The translations under genes were made by a program, and so were the position numbers. Below are positions 26,101 through 38,575 of a stretch of DNA of 64,000 nucleotides, one piece after another. The stretch's first letter is position 1. Each line of letters starts with the position of its first letter. Below the pieces are notes generated by a model. It did no database searches, was not told the DNA's origin, and was given only the letters and a program-made list of their open reading frames with translations. This DNA is from Malacoraja senta (taxonomy: Eukaryota), in assembly GCA_038087875.1 (NCBI GenBank), contig JAXLNO010000269.1, forward strand, positions 1 to 64,000. Reading direction: 5' to 3'.

Positions 26101-26930
26101 CAGCATGAGCTGGTGAACCGCCCTCTCTCCAGCTTTAAGGCCAGTGTAACACAGAGAATCTGGCTTCATTCCATGGATGGAATGAGGACATCTACTACAG
26201 AGTAATAGCTATCTGTGGTTACGGCCTAATTCTCCTGCTGAGAGGGGTTTTTTGAGACTATGAATCCCTCTATTCATTGTGTGAAAGTTGCCCTTCAAGC
26301 ACGTAACAATGGGTCATTTTCATTCAAGTGTCGGATTCTGCAGCTCATCTGGTAATTGGTCAGTGTATCTGCTTGCACTCAGTCAGTCTAACTGCCATCC
26401 TGCCAGCTTCTTGACAAAAACAACTCAGCTTTCTGCCAGTCCCTATTCAAGGGAGCACCTCTCCCAGATACTATTCCCTGTGCTTCTCTTACCTTTGCAT
26501 TTCCACTGAAGTCAAGTTTCAAATTGCCTGCGCTCCCACACTACTGCCCAAAGAGCAGCTATTGTGCTTTCAGCAGCAGGTTTAGAATGTGCAGACACAG
26601 GCAGGAGGACCAGGAATGGAGCCTTTCAAATTGAAATTATACAAGGCTACTTGGAAAGGCTTTGGCACTTGAAATCTCTGGCACAGCATTAACAAGTAAA
26701 TATGCCCAGTTCTCAAAGACATGATGAATAGACTAGGACTCTTTAACAAACTATGGGTAATTCTTCCAAACACATGACCTTAATACACACAGTCCTTATT
26801 ATCTGTTCATTTGCTATCTGCAGATCTATCTACTAGCAAATTCAGCTCTAGGCTCCATCTCAAATGTTCTCAAGCAAATGTACATGCACATTAAAGAAGC
26901 AATCTGTATAAATATGGTAGAAACAATGTT

Positions 26931-26961
26931 CTGAAGAAGGGTCTCGACCCGAAACGTCACC
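26931..26961 (+). ncRNA. Minimal type-I hammerhead ribozyme motif in a Penelope pLTR
   Basis: CTGAAGA-A-GGGT(CTCG)ACCC-GAAA-CGTC. Core intact, palindromic ACGT in place of stem III, stem I poor in this copy. Confidence 0.55.
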
Positions 26962-27132
26962 CTTCCTTCTCTCCAGAGATGCTGCCTGTCCCGCTGAGTT
27001 ACTCCAGCTTTTTGTGTCTATCTTCGGTTGAAACCATCTTCGCATCTGCAGTTCCTTCTTGCACACGTCACCTATCCATTTTCTCCAGAGATGCCTCTTG
27101 GCCTGCTGAGTTATTCCCGCATTTTGTGTCCT
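26931..27132 (+). mobile_element. Two tandem/nested Penelope pLTR short copies
   Basis: The same pLTR sequence occurs twice; the second copy starts at GTCACCTATCC (about 27067). Confidence 0.75.
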
Positions 27133-27283
27133 CTTGTGTAAATATGGTGATGGTTTCCCAGACCACTTGTGTCACTGTGCACAGCTCCAACAGAGAGGGC
27201 CTTTGTTTACCCAGCTGCACCTTGTGATTTCACAACCAACATGTACATTTCAGTGAAATTAATCTGTTCGCTAATATCACTTA

Positions 27284-27600
27284 AGGGCCTGTCCCACTGT
27301 ACGCGCTAATTCAAGAGTTCTTCCGGGTTTCCCCTGATTCGAACTCGGAGAATTACGGTAATAGCCGCTCGTAGGTACTCGGGGCTCTCGTGGACATTTT
27401 TCAACATGTTGAAAAATCTTCACGAGTCTTCCCGAGCTTACCGCGTTTCCCGAGTACCTGCCATTAGCGTTACGAGCCGCTAAGAGACGTCCCGAGCTCC
27501 GACGTCCCCGCTACGTACATTCTACGTGCTTACCACGAGTTTGATTGTTTTTTAAACGCGGGAGAGCTTTTGAATTACCTCGAACAGTGGGACAGGCCCT
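27284..27600. mobile_element. PIF/Harbinger-type MITE
   Basis: Perfect 17-bp TIR AGGGCCTGTCCCACTGT/ACAGTGGGACAGGCCCT extending with mismatches; 3-bp TTA TSD at 27281-27283 and 27601-27603. Confidence 0.85.
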
Positions 27601-27697
27601 TTACTAGTAGACATTTAAATATTTAATGTGTTTATTAACGTGCACTAATGCTTTTGGAACATTATAGCATATAATTACACTTAATTGTGGTTATTTA

Positions 27698-28374
27698 TTT
27701 ATAGATTTTGGAGTGATATTTTCGAAATATTCACAAAATTATTTAAGATAAAAATGAAACCTAATAATGAATTGATTATATTTGGGGTAATGGAAGATGG
27801 GAATAAATTGAATCCATCTCAAAAATTATTTTTTAATTATGGTTTAATAATAGCAAAAAAAGTAATATTGAAATTTTGGAAAAATACACCAATACCAACG
27901 CTCAAAATGTGGATTGCAAGTATGTTGGACACCGCACATCTTGAGGAAATGCGATTCCTCCTAATAGATAAATTTGACCAATTCACAACGAGTTGGTCTC
28001 CATTTGTCGTCTTTTTGGAATCATATGGTGCAACACAATTGTAAAAGCTAACTCGTGACTGGGCGAGGGATGGTCAAGATTATAAATAAGATCTCCTTAC
28101 TTCTTTTTTCTTTTTCTTCCCTTTTCTTCTTTTATTCTCTTTTTCCTATTTTCTATTCTTTAACTTTCTTCTTTCACTCTCTATTTTTCTTTTCCACATA
28201 CTATATATCTCACATTTTTCTATACTTCATTATCTAACTTCTTTTTCTTTTTCTTCTTTATTATAAAAATTAAAAAAATAAGAAGCTGTACATAAAAAAT
28301 GTATTATGAAAATATGATTGTATACAATTGTACTTACTTCTAATAAAATAAAAATATTTTAAAAATATTTTTAA
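27698..28374 (+). mobile_element. 5'-truncated L1-clade LINE (ORF2 C-terminus, 3' UTR, A-rich tail)
   Basis: ORF 27685-28044 is homologous to 30021-30653. TSD AATTGTGGTTATTTA / AATGGTGGTTATTTA. Confidence 0.85.
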
Positions 28375-28429
28375 AATGGTGGTTATTTACAGTACAAAGG
28401 AGAGTGCGATTGACTGATTGATTAATTGA

Positions 28430-28692
28430 AAGATACAGCATGGAAACAGGCCCTTTGGCCCACCGAGTCCATGCTGTCCATTCTCTGCCCGTTCACACTA
28501 GTTCTATGTTAGCCCACTATCGCATCCACTCCATACACACTAGGGGCTATTGACATTGGACAATTCACCTCCAAACCCACATGGCTTAGGGATGTGGGAG
28601 GAAAGCTGAGCATCCGAAGGAAACCCATGTACGGAGAGCGTGCAAACTCCACACAAACAGCACCTGAGGTCAAGATTGAAACCTGGTCTCTG
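28430..28692 (-). mobile_element. HE1-type SINE (diverged)
   Basis: V-domain and tail. Confidence 0.6.
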
Positions 28693-29699
28693 AATTCTTA
28701 TCCACAGGAAGTTTGTGCTGATCCTAATAAACTCCATTAATCCGGCACGCTCGGGACTCTGGTGAGCCTGGTCCAACAGATTTTCTGGACTATTGGGAGT
28801 AATTCTAATTAATATCCCAAACACATCCAAATCAGTTTGTTAAGGTGTTATACAGTACCATGAAAACATTACCAGAATCCAGTAAATTTAAAGAGAGTGC
28901 AGAAATACGTCTTCTGTGAGTTTAAAGGGAGCTCAGGAAACAGAGCTTGAAGGAAACGGGAAACCAGGTCCCGATGAGTTTACTGGGAGAACGGGAATGG
29001 AGGTCCAGCATGTTAAAGAGAGTGAGGAAACAGGGTGCTGGAGTGTTAGTGGGAGCGCAGCAATCAGCGCCCAATGAGCCAGGTGCCGAACCATCCGATT
29101 CCAGATCAATCAGAGAGCAGATTACAAGTGTTTATCAGGACCAGGCTATACCAGGCAGAAATTAAAGGAAAAGTGTACCCACGGCTAGTATTCCACCACC
29201 CAACCTGCCTGCACAGTTGCTAATGGTCACATTTGCTTCTCAGCAGCAGATCCCATTTGGCCAACACCATAGCTGGAAGAGGTTGGAGATGGGTGTGAAA
29301 ATCCCCCTCTGGACAGTCAGCTGCTTGCAGGCAAACCAGCAGCTGAAAGACTCTTCCCACAATGTCCCGTATTTATTTTAGGCTGCCCAATGCCCTGGCA
29401 GGTATTAGGTAGAATCAGAGCAAAATAAATAGGGCAATTGGTCCTTCTTTGCCCCCACCATTGCCCTGCTGCTCCGGCTAAGGTCAGGTCCTCCTCCATA
29501 TCCCCTCCAGCAACACACCCGTGGCCCACACGCCCTCGCCCCTGAGATCTCATGGAGATGGGTGGCATAGCTCCTGGAGGCACACACCTCCTCGAATGTG
29601 TCGTGGGTGGCCCATGAAGTTTACCCACCAGAATGTCTCCTCAAATCTTTCAGAGGTTGTTTTCATCATGAAAGGAGTGGTTCAGTGTCCTTGTCAATG

Positions 29700-31270
29700 G
29701 TAAGTATCTCTTTAAACAGGGAGTCTCCCCTTAAATGATGAGTGTTGTATTAACTGTACCTACTAGGTACATGTGGCAATAAAGTACCATTGAATTGAAT
29801 TAAATTGTGCATCCTTTAGTTGTGATCATTTTCTTAATTAGTCTATCCTTTTAAATGGTGTATCCCCTTCAATGTTGAGCATTTGATAAATGGTGAGAAT
29901 CCCTTTAAATGATGAGTATTTCTTAAATGGTGAGAATCCCTTTAAATGGTGGGAATACCTTTAAATGATGAGGATCCCTTTACATGTCAAGCATTTCTTA
30001 AATGATGAACATTCCTTAAAATGGTATCTGGTTTATATAATATCATTTTAAATATAGAAATACCCACAACAGATGGAATTAGAAGAGATTGGGAACAAGA
30101 TCTAGGTATAAAAATTTCAAAAGAGAGTTGGGATAATCATTTATTACAGGTGCATAAATGCTCGATCAACGTACGACATACGCTTATCCAATTTAAAACA
30201 TTACATAGATTATATTATTCAAAAACCAAACTAAATAAAATCTTTCCTAACGTCTCACCAATCTGTGATAAATGTATATGTCAAGAAGCTACCATAGCAC
30301 ATTCTTTTGTTTTTTGTACAAAAATCCAAAAATTCTGGTTTGAAATATTTGATATTTTTTCAAAATTAATCAAAATAAAACTGGTACCAAAACCAGAATG
30401 GATTATTTTTGGAATATCGGAAGGTATTCCTGAATTAAACGTGTATCAGAAGAATTTACTCAATTATGGGCTAATAATGGGAAAAAAGCTTATACTTAAA
30501 TTCTGGAAAAATGCGCCCACACCAACAATAAAAATGTGGACATCAAATATGTTGGAAACATTACATCTGGAAGAGATGAGATTCCTCCTAGTAGGCAAAG
30601 CAGATCAATTTCAAAAGACGTGGTCTACGTTTTTGGACCTATTACAAGCATGAGGTGCAATAGTAATTTAGAAAAACAAATAAATAAATAAAAGGTATCT
30701 GGACCTGGTAATGGGAGGTAAAATAAAAATAGACTTGGTTGGTAGTTCCTTCTCTATGAAGTATGGTATAAGAGTCATAATAGAGCGATTGTTCCTTCTT
30801 TCTTTCTCTTTTTTTTCTAGGGTCTATTTTCTAACTTTACTTCCTTCTCTAACCTCTTTTCTAAGGGGCTTTCTTTTCCCAACACTCTTTTGCACTTCAC
30901 AACCTTTGCGCACTTTCTTCACTTTTCTTACTTCTTTCTTTTTCTTTCTTAAAGTTTAAAAAAGTGAAGCGGTACAAAAAATGTATTAATATATACGTGT
31001 TGTACATTACTGTAATCTACCGTACTTCTAAAAAATAAAAAATAAAAAAAAAAATAAAAAAATAAAAAAAAAAAAAAAAAAAAAAAAATGGTATCTGGTT
31101 AATTGCAGCGTATATCTTTAAACAAAGAGTATCCCTTTAAATTATGGGTTTCCCTTTAAATGTTCAGCATTCCTTCAAATGGTGAGCGTTACTTGATATG
31201 GTCGGTATCCCTTTAAATGGTGAGCATTCCTTTGAATGTTGAGTTGAGCAGAGAATGTCCCTTTAAAGTA
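29700..31270. repeat. Degenerate 18-19 bp minisatellite (ATGGTGAGAATCCCTTTAA) interrupted by an L1 insertion
   Basis: Repeated CCTTTAAATG(G/A)TGAG units at 29700-30020 and 31100-31270. Confidence 0.8.
30034..31084 (+). mobile_element. Young 5'-truncated L1-clade LINE
   Basis: Uninterrupted ORF2 C-terminus with Cys/His knuckle (CDKC...ATIAHSFVFC) and a long poly(A). Perfect 16-bp TSD AAAATGGTATCTGGTT (30018-30033, 31085-31100) at a TT|AAAA site. Confidence 0.92.
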
Positions 31271-32329
31271 AGCTTGCTGTGATTAACCCACTGAGCTGCT
31301 TGCTGGTCAGAGAGGAGCCTTTGGTTGAACAGCTTGGCTCCAGCAGGCAGTGAGGGTTGCAGTAAAATCAGTGGCGTTCAGCTCGGAGCCTCCAGGCGAT
31401 GGCTCCAATCTCCAGCTTTGATTCCTTCACCAGGATGCTAACTAATCCAGTTCCACACCAGCAATCCCCCTGCTCCCTTTTAAGCTGTGGGGACTTCACA
31501 GTTGTGGTGTGGAGGTGCTCCCTGCCCCATAAAGCCACTTCCAGCAGCAGTGCAGATAACCGTGGCCCCTAACTCCATGACCGATAAGAGTACAAACTCA
31601 GCAAAATGACACAGATTCATCTTGTGGCAGCTGGCACTGAACTCCTGGCCCTCGGATCCTTTGTAGTCAATGGAAGCAGATGTACGCTGGGGAAAATAGA
31701 TCGCTGAACAAAACTCCCGCATGCATCCAGTCCTGGCGACTTAAGCTGAATTTCTCCCCGACACCACTGAGAGGTAGTAGCCACTTGGCGATCAAATCCT
31801 GCCCTCTGGCCCCTCCACCCCTCACCCCGCAAATAGGTCAAAGCCATTCCTGCCTGGGTGGGCACATAGTCCTGAGTGGGTCACTTGGGGGGGGGTGGGG
31901 GTGGGGGAGAGAGAATCATGCTCTTATTGCATTTAATAAGATTAGTACGGGTGTCAGGGGTTATGGGGGGAAGGCAGGAGAATGGGGTTAGGAGGAAGAG
32001 GTAGATCAGCCATGATTGAAAGGCAGAGTAAACTTGATGGGCCAAATGGCCTAATTCTGCTCCTATTACTTATGACCTTAAAAGTGACACCTGGTCATCT
32101 GGAGCCCCTTACTATGGGGGGGGGGGGAGGGAGTGGGAGCCAACCTGTTACAGGTTAACGAAGGTCTGCAGAGGTTTAATAGGCACATGAACAGACAGGA
32201 AATTGTGGAGACAGACCATGTACAGACCAATGGGATAAGTCAGACTGGCACCATGGCCGATGGAGACAATAATGGGCCAAAGGGCCTGTAGCATGATACC
32301 ATCACGGAAACAACCTCCCTTTCATTGAC

Positions 32330-33030
32330 ACCTTCTACACCTCACGCTGCCTCGCAAGACAACCAGCATAATCATGGACGAGTCTTACCCCAGTCACTCC
32401 CTCCTCCCATCAGGTTAGTTTAGTTTAGAGATACAGCAAGGAAACAGGCCCTTCGGCCCACCGGGTCTGCACCGACCAGTGATCCCCGCACATTAACACT
32501 GCCCCACACACACTAGGGACAATTTACACATACACCGTCAATTAACCTACATACTTGTACATCTTTGGAGTGTGGGTGGAAACCGAAGATCTCAGAGAAA
32601 ACCCATGCGGTCATGGGGAGAATGTTCAAACTCTGTACAGACAGCACCTGTAGTCGGGATCAAAGCCGGGTCTCTGGCGCTGTGAGGCAGCAACTCTACC
32701 GCTCTTACCTCAGGCAAGAGGTACAGAAGTGTGGAAATGCACACCTCCAGATTCACGAACCGTTTCTTCCCCCACTGTTATCGGGAAACTGAACCATCCT
32801 ATTACCAACCAGCGGTCCTGAGCTACCATCCACCTCATTGGAGGCTCTCGGACTATCTTTAATCGGACTTTGCTGGACTTTATCTTGCATTAATGTTTTG
32901 TCCCTTCATCCTGTACCTGTACACTGTGGGTGGTTCAATTGTAAACATGTCTAGTCTTGCCGCTGACTGAATAGCACACAACAAATACAGCTTCAGTACA
33001 CATGACAATAAACTAAACTAAACTAAATCA
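32330..33030. mobile_element. Rex-type LINE 3' end with a nested HE1 SINE (about 32415-32702, minus strand)
   Basis: The Rex 3' sequence is interrupted by a SINE with V-domain and (CTAAA)n tail. Confidence 0.7.
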
Positions 33031-33854
33031 TAATGTGCATGATATGTATGTATGTTCTATAAGATGAGGAGGAGACTTAAGCCAGCCAGGGTGATAGATG
33101 TAAGGTATCAGGTGTAAAGTAAGCAGGGATCTCTTACTTTGTTGAGAGAGTGTTGGGGTAATGGGTCCACTCGCACAGTGGTAATGTGAGCAGCACAGCT
33201 ATATTTAAGTGGAAGAGAGGTATGAGACAAAGAACAAGGGAACATGAGCACTGTAGTGATGTGTAAACTCTGATCAAAGTTCTAATTCAGAGGATCTGAG
33301 TCCCCGGATATCAAAGTGTGGATGGGTGGGGTGGGGGTGTTGCAGGATGAACTGGGGAATGCACACACACATCAAGGCAGCGATACCTAAAGGCATCCAA
33401 ATTCAGCTTCCGCTTTTGAGGGCCAACAACTAACGATCCTGGGGACCAACTTCTTGGGGATAATCATTCCTTTGCTGAGGATGATGTTGCACCGGATTGG
33501 AGATTCATCAGCATGTTGCCTGCGATGGAGTCTATCAGTCGGTTTGTTTGCCCTGGAAGAGGCTGAGAGGAGACCTGACGCAGATGCACAAAATTATGAA
33601 GGGCATAGATAGATGGATGGTGGGAAACCTTTCCCTGTGGCGAAGGTGTCTGTGGTTAGAGGAGGTAGGTTTAAAGGTAACAGGTAGGAGATTTTGAGGG
33701 CAATTGAGGAAGAGTTCTTATCTCCAGAGCTGGAATCAGGAAGGAACTGCCTGAGGGATCTGGTTTACTCTCACATCCCAAAGACGTGCAGGCTTGCAGG
33801 TTAAATAGCCTGTGCAAAGTAGATGAGTAAGTGGGATAACCTAGAATTATTGCG

Positions 33855-34455
33855 ACAATAGACAATAGGTGCAGGAGTAGGCCATTCGGCCCTTCGAGCC
33901 AGCACCGCCATTCAATGTGATCATGGCTGATCATCCACAATCAGTACCCCTGTTCTTGCCTTCTCCCCATATCCCCTGACTCTGCTATTTTTAAGAGCTA
34001 TCTAGCTCTCTCTTGAAAGCATCCAGAGAACCTGCCTCCACTGCCTCTGAGGCAGAGAATTCCACAGACTCACCACTCTCTGTGAGAAAAAGTGTTCCCT
34101 CGTCTCCGTTCTAAATGGGTTACTCCTTATTCTTAAACTGTGGCCCCTGGTTCTGGACCCCCCCAACATCGGGAACATGTTTCCTGCCTCTAGCATGTCC
34201 AAACCCTTAACAATCTTATATGTTTCAATGAGATCCCCTCTTATCCTTCTAAACTCTGAGTGTACAAACCCAGCTGCTCCATTCTCTCAGCATATGACAG
34301 TCCCGCCATCCCGGGAATTAACCTTGTAAACCTACGCTGCACTCCCTCAATAGCAAGAATGTCCTTCCTCAAACTAGGGGACCAAAACTGCACACAATAC
34401 TCCAGGTGTGGTCTCACTAAGGCTCTGTACAACTGCAGAAGGACCTCTTTGCTCC
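33855..34455 (-). mobile_element. CR1 3' fragment
   Basis: SKEVLLQLYRALVRPHLEYCVQFWSPSLRKDILAIEGVQRRFTRLIPGM. Confidence 0.9.
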
Positions 34456-35374
34456 TCTTTGTGTACAGGTGACCAATGGTTGGTGTGGACTTGGTGGGCC
34501 AAAGGGCCTGTTTCCATGCTGTATTTTGCAATCTTGCAAAGAGCTGCAAACCGGCAACTCCCTTGTAGCCTGACAACCTTCTCAGATTTGAATTTCGGAG
34601 TTTGGGTAGATGAAGTACAATCTGCCTCATTGTTTGAAGGCTCACCTCCTGTAGCACCATACTCAGCTTGGTTTTTCCAGTTACTGTATACTGTATATCT
34701 GAAAGCAAATAAAACCTTTCTTATCAGCAAATCCAGTCACCCAAACAGAAACCATGATAAGGCTAACAGATCAGACTGAACTGGATGTAATCACATCTGA
34801 TTATAACACGGTTAGACATCAATGGTTTGTCTGAATGGAAAGAATGCCTGTACTTTTTAATCTTCCCTGACGAGACAAGAGATTGTAATCAGGCAATAGC
34901 AAGTGCTCTTGTGAATGTAGTCTACTGGATCAAGTCTGACTGGGATCATTGTCTTGGCCATTCTCCTTCCATTTTATAATATATTGTCCTGTACATTTTC
35001 TCCCTTCGGTAGCTCTTATCAAGTATCTTTCAAAGGAATGGTATTAATTGGATTGACAGTGATGGAGGGATTTCTTTTGTCAGGATGTGATGATTTGAAA
35101 CTGCTGAAGGAAGCAGTCTGTGACATTAATCAGATGCCCTGTCAGTGTTGTGTGAACTCTGGAAGATAAGGGAGGTCTAGGAAACTGGAGCAATGCAAAG
35201 TCAGACATCCAAGGAGCACACAGCACTCAGACAAATATTATGAACGTATTCTTGGCCAGTGGACTCAATGCTCAGAGATCTCCATGTGTCAGAGGGACAA
35301 CAAACTAGCTACAGTGCTGCCTGCTCATGAGGTGCAGAACAAGCCCCCCCCCCCCCTCCATGGTGCACACAGAG

Positions 35375-35880
35375 AGACACAAAATACTGGAGTAACTCAG
35401 CGGGTCAGGCAGCATCTCTGGAGAGAAGGAATGGGTGACGTTTCAGGTCAAGACCCTTCTTCAGACTGAAAGTCACGGGAAAAGGGAAATGAGAGATATA
35501 GACAATGAAAGATAAAGAACAAATGAATGAAAGACATGCAAAAAAGTAACAATGATAAGGGAAACATGCCTGTTAGTCATTTGCTAGGTGAGAACGAAAA
35601 GCTGGTGTGACTTGGGTGGGGAATGGATGGAGAGAGAGGTTACTTGAAGTTAGACAATTCAATAATCTTACCCCTGGGTTGTAAACTGCCCACACAAAAT
35701 TTGAGATGCTGTTCCTCCAATTTGCGTTTGGCCTCACTCTGACAATGGAGGAGGCATAGGACGGAAAGGTCAGTGTGGGAATGGGAAGGGGAATTAAAGT
35801 GTTTTAAAAGCAACCAGGAGATCTGATAGGTCCATGTGGACTGAGAGAAGGTGTTGAGCGAAACAACCACCCAGTCTACG
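35375..35880 (-). mobile_element. Penelope-like element 3' part: GIY-YIG C-terminus plus pLTR
   Basis: HFNSPSHSHTDLSVLCLLHCQSEAKRKLEEQHLKFCVGSLQPRG...SNFK* ends at 35640 and is followed by the pLTR. Confidence 0.85.
35434..35466 (-). ncRNA. Minimal hammerhead ribozyme motif, sense to the Penelope ORF and to TSC22D1 pre-mRNA
   Basis: Minus strand reads GT-CTGAAGA-A-GGGT(CTTG)ACCT-GAAA-CGTC-AC. Confidence 0.55.
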
Positions 35881-36501
35881 GAACTACTGCAAAAATACTG
35901 TACATGATTACAATCGAGCCGTCCACAGTGTACAGATACAGGATAAAAGCAATAACGTTTAGTGCAAGATAAAGTCCAGTAAAGACCGATTAAAGCTGGT
36001 CTGAGGGTCTTCATTGAGGTAGATAGTAGCTCAGGACCGCTCTCTAGTTGTAGATAGAACAAGTTGCCTGATAACAGCTGGTAAGAAACAGTGCGATTTC
36101 ACACTTCTATTCCATTTGCCTGGCAGGAGAGGGGAGAAGAGGGAGTGACCAGGGTGAGACTCGTCCTTGATTATGCTGCTGGCCTTGCCGAAGGTCACCA
36201 GTATAATTGAGTAAGATGTGGCTGGGCTGACAATTACATCAACTCCATGTTCCTGTCTACCTCTAGTAACCTTTCACACCTCCCTTGTTTATTTACTATT
36301 TATCTACCTCTGCCTTCAGACTGTGCTTCCACTGCCCTCTGCAAAACTCTGGAAAAAAATTAACGTCTGTAGAAAAATACAGCCTGGAAACAGGCCATTC
36401 GGTCCATGCCGTCCAAGATGCCAATCTAAGTTAGTCCCATTGGCCCATATCCCACATGTATCCAGATACATTAATAGGATACATGGCTTTCCTATGCATG
36501 T

Positions 36502-36634
36502 CTGAAGAAGAGTTTCGGCCCGAAACGTTGCCTATCTCCTTCGCTCCATAGATGCTGCTGCACCCGCTGAGTTTCTCCAGCTTTTTTGTGTACCTTCGAT
36601 TTTCCAGCATCTGCAGTTCCTTCTTTAACACTTT
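36502..36634 (+). mobile_element. Short Penelope-derived insertion starting at the hammerhead core
   Basis: Perfect 19-bp TSD ATGGCTTTCCTATGCATGT (36483-36501, 36635-36653). Element begins CTGAAGA-A-GAGT(TTCG)GCCC-GAAA-CGTT. Confidence 0.85.
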
Positions 36635-37264
36635 ATGGCTTTCCTATGCATGTATATGTTGAAATATCTCTTAAATAGTACCCAGCTCTACTGCTTTCTC
36701 TGATCGCTTCTCTGATGGTATACCCACCACTCTCTGTGCAAAAAAGCTGTCCCTCAGCTCCTTTTTAAATCTTTGCCGTCTCACCGACACCTTAAAACCA
36801 TGCCCTACACTTCATCTCTGTCTTAAATGGATGACCCCGTATTTTTAAGTGGTGAGCCCTAGGTCTAAATTCTCCCACAAGAAGAAACATTCGCCCTGTC
36901 AAAACCCTCTCAGGATCTCACATGTTCCAATTAAGGCCCCTCTCATTCTTCCACACTACGGCAGAATCAACCCTAGCCTGTTCAACCTGTCCTCCAGGTA
37001 CTGGGTCAATTGTAAATGTCAATTCTGAAAGCAGCAGATTTTCATGGTTAAGTATATGGAGAATGTGAGTGCAGGAGCGAGAGGAGGGTCGTCCGTGGTG
37101 ATGTGTCTTCCCCAAAGGGCTGAGTGAGTGTGAGAATGGGAGTAGTCCAATCCCGCACTCCAAGTGATTGAATCCCTCACAAGCTCCCACGGACAGAGAA
37201 GGCCATAGTGGCAGCTTTACATGGGACCTTGTTAAGTTGGGGTTTTGCTAAGTTGGAAAGGGTG

Positions 37265-37840
37265 GAGAAAGGATTTACAGGGGTGTTGCCATGACTCGAG
37301 GGTCTGAGCTATAGGGAGAGGTTGAGTAGGCTAGGACTCTATTCCTTGGAGCGCAGGAGGATGAGGGGCGATCTTATAGAGGTGTATAAAATCATGAGAG
37401 GAATAGATCAGGTGGACAGTCTCTTGGCCAGTGGGGGAATCGAGAACTAGAGGGCATAGGTTTAAGGTGAAGGAGGAAAGATTTTATAGGAATCTGAGGG
37501 GTAATTTAGGGGTAACTTTATAGGAATCTGAGGAGTAACTTTTAGAGGAATCGGAGGGGTAACTGAGGGGTAACCCTTCAAGCTGAGTGGTGGTGTTTGG
37601 GTATATTGTGGGTGTTGGGTGTATGGAATGAGCTGCCAGAGGAAGTAATTGAGGCAGGGACTATCGCAACGTTTAAGAAACAATTAGACACGTACATGGA
37701 TAGGACAGGTTTAAAGGGACATGGGCCAAACCCAGGCAAGTGGGACTAGTGTAGATGGGACATGTTGGTCAGTGTGGGCATGTTGGATCGAAGGGCCTGT
37801 TTCCACACTATATGACACTATGACTCTATGACTGTCTATG
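37265..37840 (+). mobile_element. CR1 3' fragment with an internal short-repeat expansion
   Basis: LSYRERLSRLGLYSLERRRMRGDLIEVYKIM; GGGGTAACT repeats at about 37490-37580; (CTATGA)n tail. Confidence 0.85.
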
Positions 37841-38309
37841 ACCTTCCTCTGGAGCACAAGGCCGCAGACTGCCACGTGGCAGTGGTGTGCAGATCCCATC
37901 CAGAGAACTGGCTGTATCTGGCCAGGACAACTGGTTACCTACACAGCAAGGCTGGGAGAAACTTACAGTCACAATAAAGCCAATCCACTGAGCAGCTGCC
38001 AACAATATCAGAACATCTGCTTCCAAGTAAAATGTAAAAGAACTTGTTATCCTTGTACTGCAGCACAATATTTCCACCCACACGTTGTCCCAAACCGGTA
38101 AACACGAGCATAAACATACACAAGCACAATAGCACACGCAAACACATTCACATAGACACCCGCACACACACACACACACCAACCTACACACACACAAACA
38201 CTCACTAAAACCATCCAGAGACCCCCATACCAACATATACAGTACACACAGGCCATCAAAACATAAACTTACACGTATCCTGTAATGGCACAAATCAACA
38301 GATTCTTGT

Positions 38310-38575
38310 AGTGTAGTTTAGTTTAGTTATACAGTGTGGAAACAAGCCTTTCCGCCCACCAAGTCCACGTCAACCAGCGATCCTCGACACTAACACTATC
38401 CTACACACAAGGGACAATTTACAATTTTACCAAGCCAATTAGCCAACAAACCTGTAGGTTTTTGGAGTGTGTGAGGAAACCAGAGATCCCAGAGAAAACC
38501 AACGCAGGACACAGACAGCACCCATAGTCAGGATCAACTGCAAAGCAGCAACTCTACCGCTGCGCCACTGTGCCG
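38310..38575 (-). mobile_element. HE1-type SINE
   Basis: Head, V-domain and tail on the minus strand. Confidence 0.7.

Noticed and set aside
26700..26730. VFEN peptide reminiscent of the long TSC22D3/GILZ exon
   Set aside because: Only four residues match, with an in-frame stop immediately upstream.
29300..29440. CAGCTG pair plus AT-rich boxes as a muscle enhancer
   Set aside because: The AT-rich boxes do not match the MEF2 consensus; evidence too weak.
29700..31270. Regularly spaced repeats as a CRISPR-like array
   Set aside because: Vertebrate context, degenerate tandem units without unique spacers, no cas genes.
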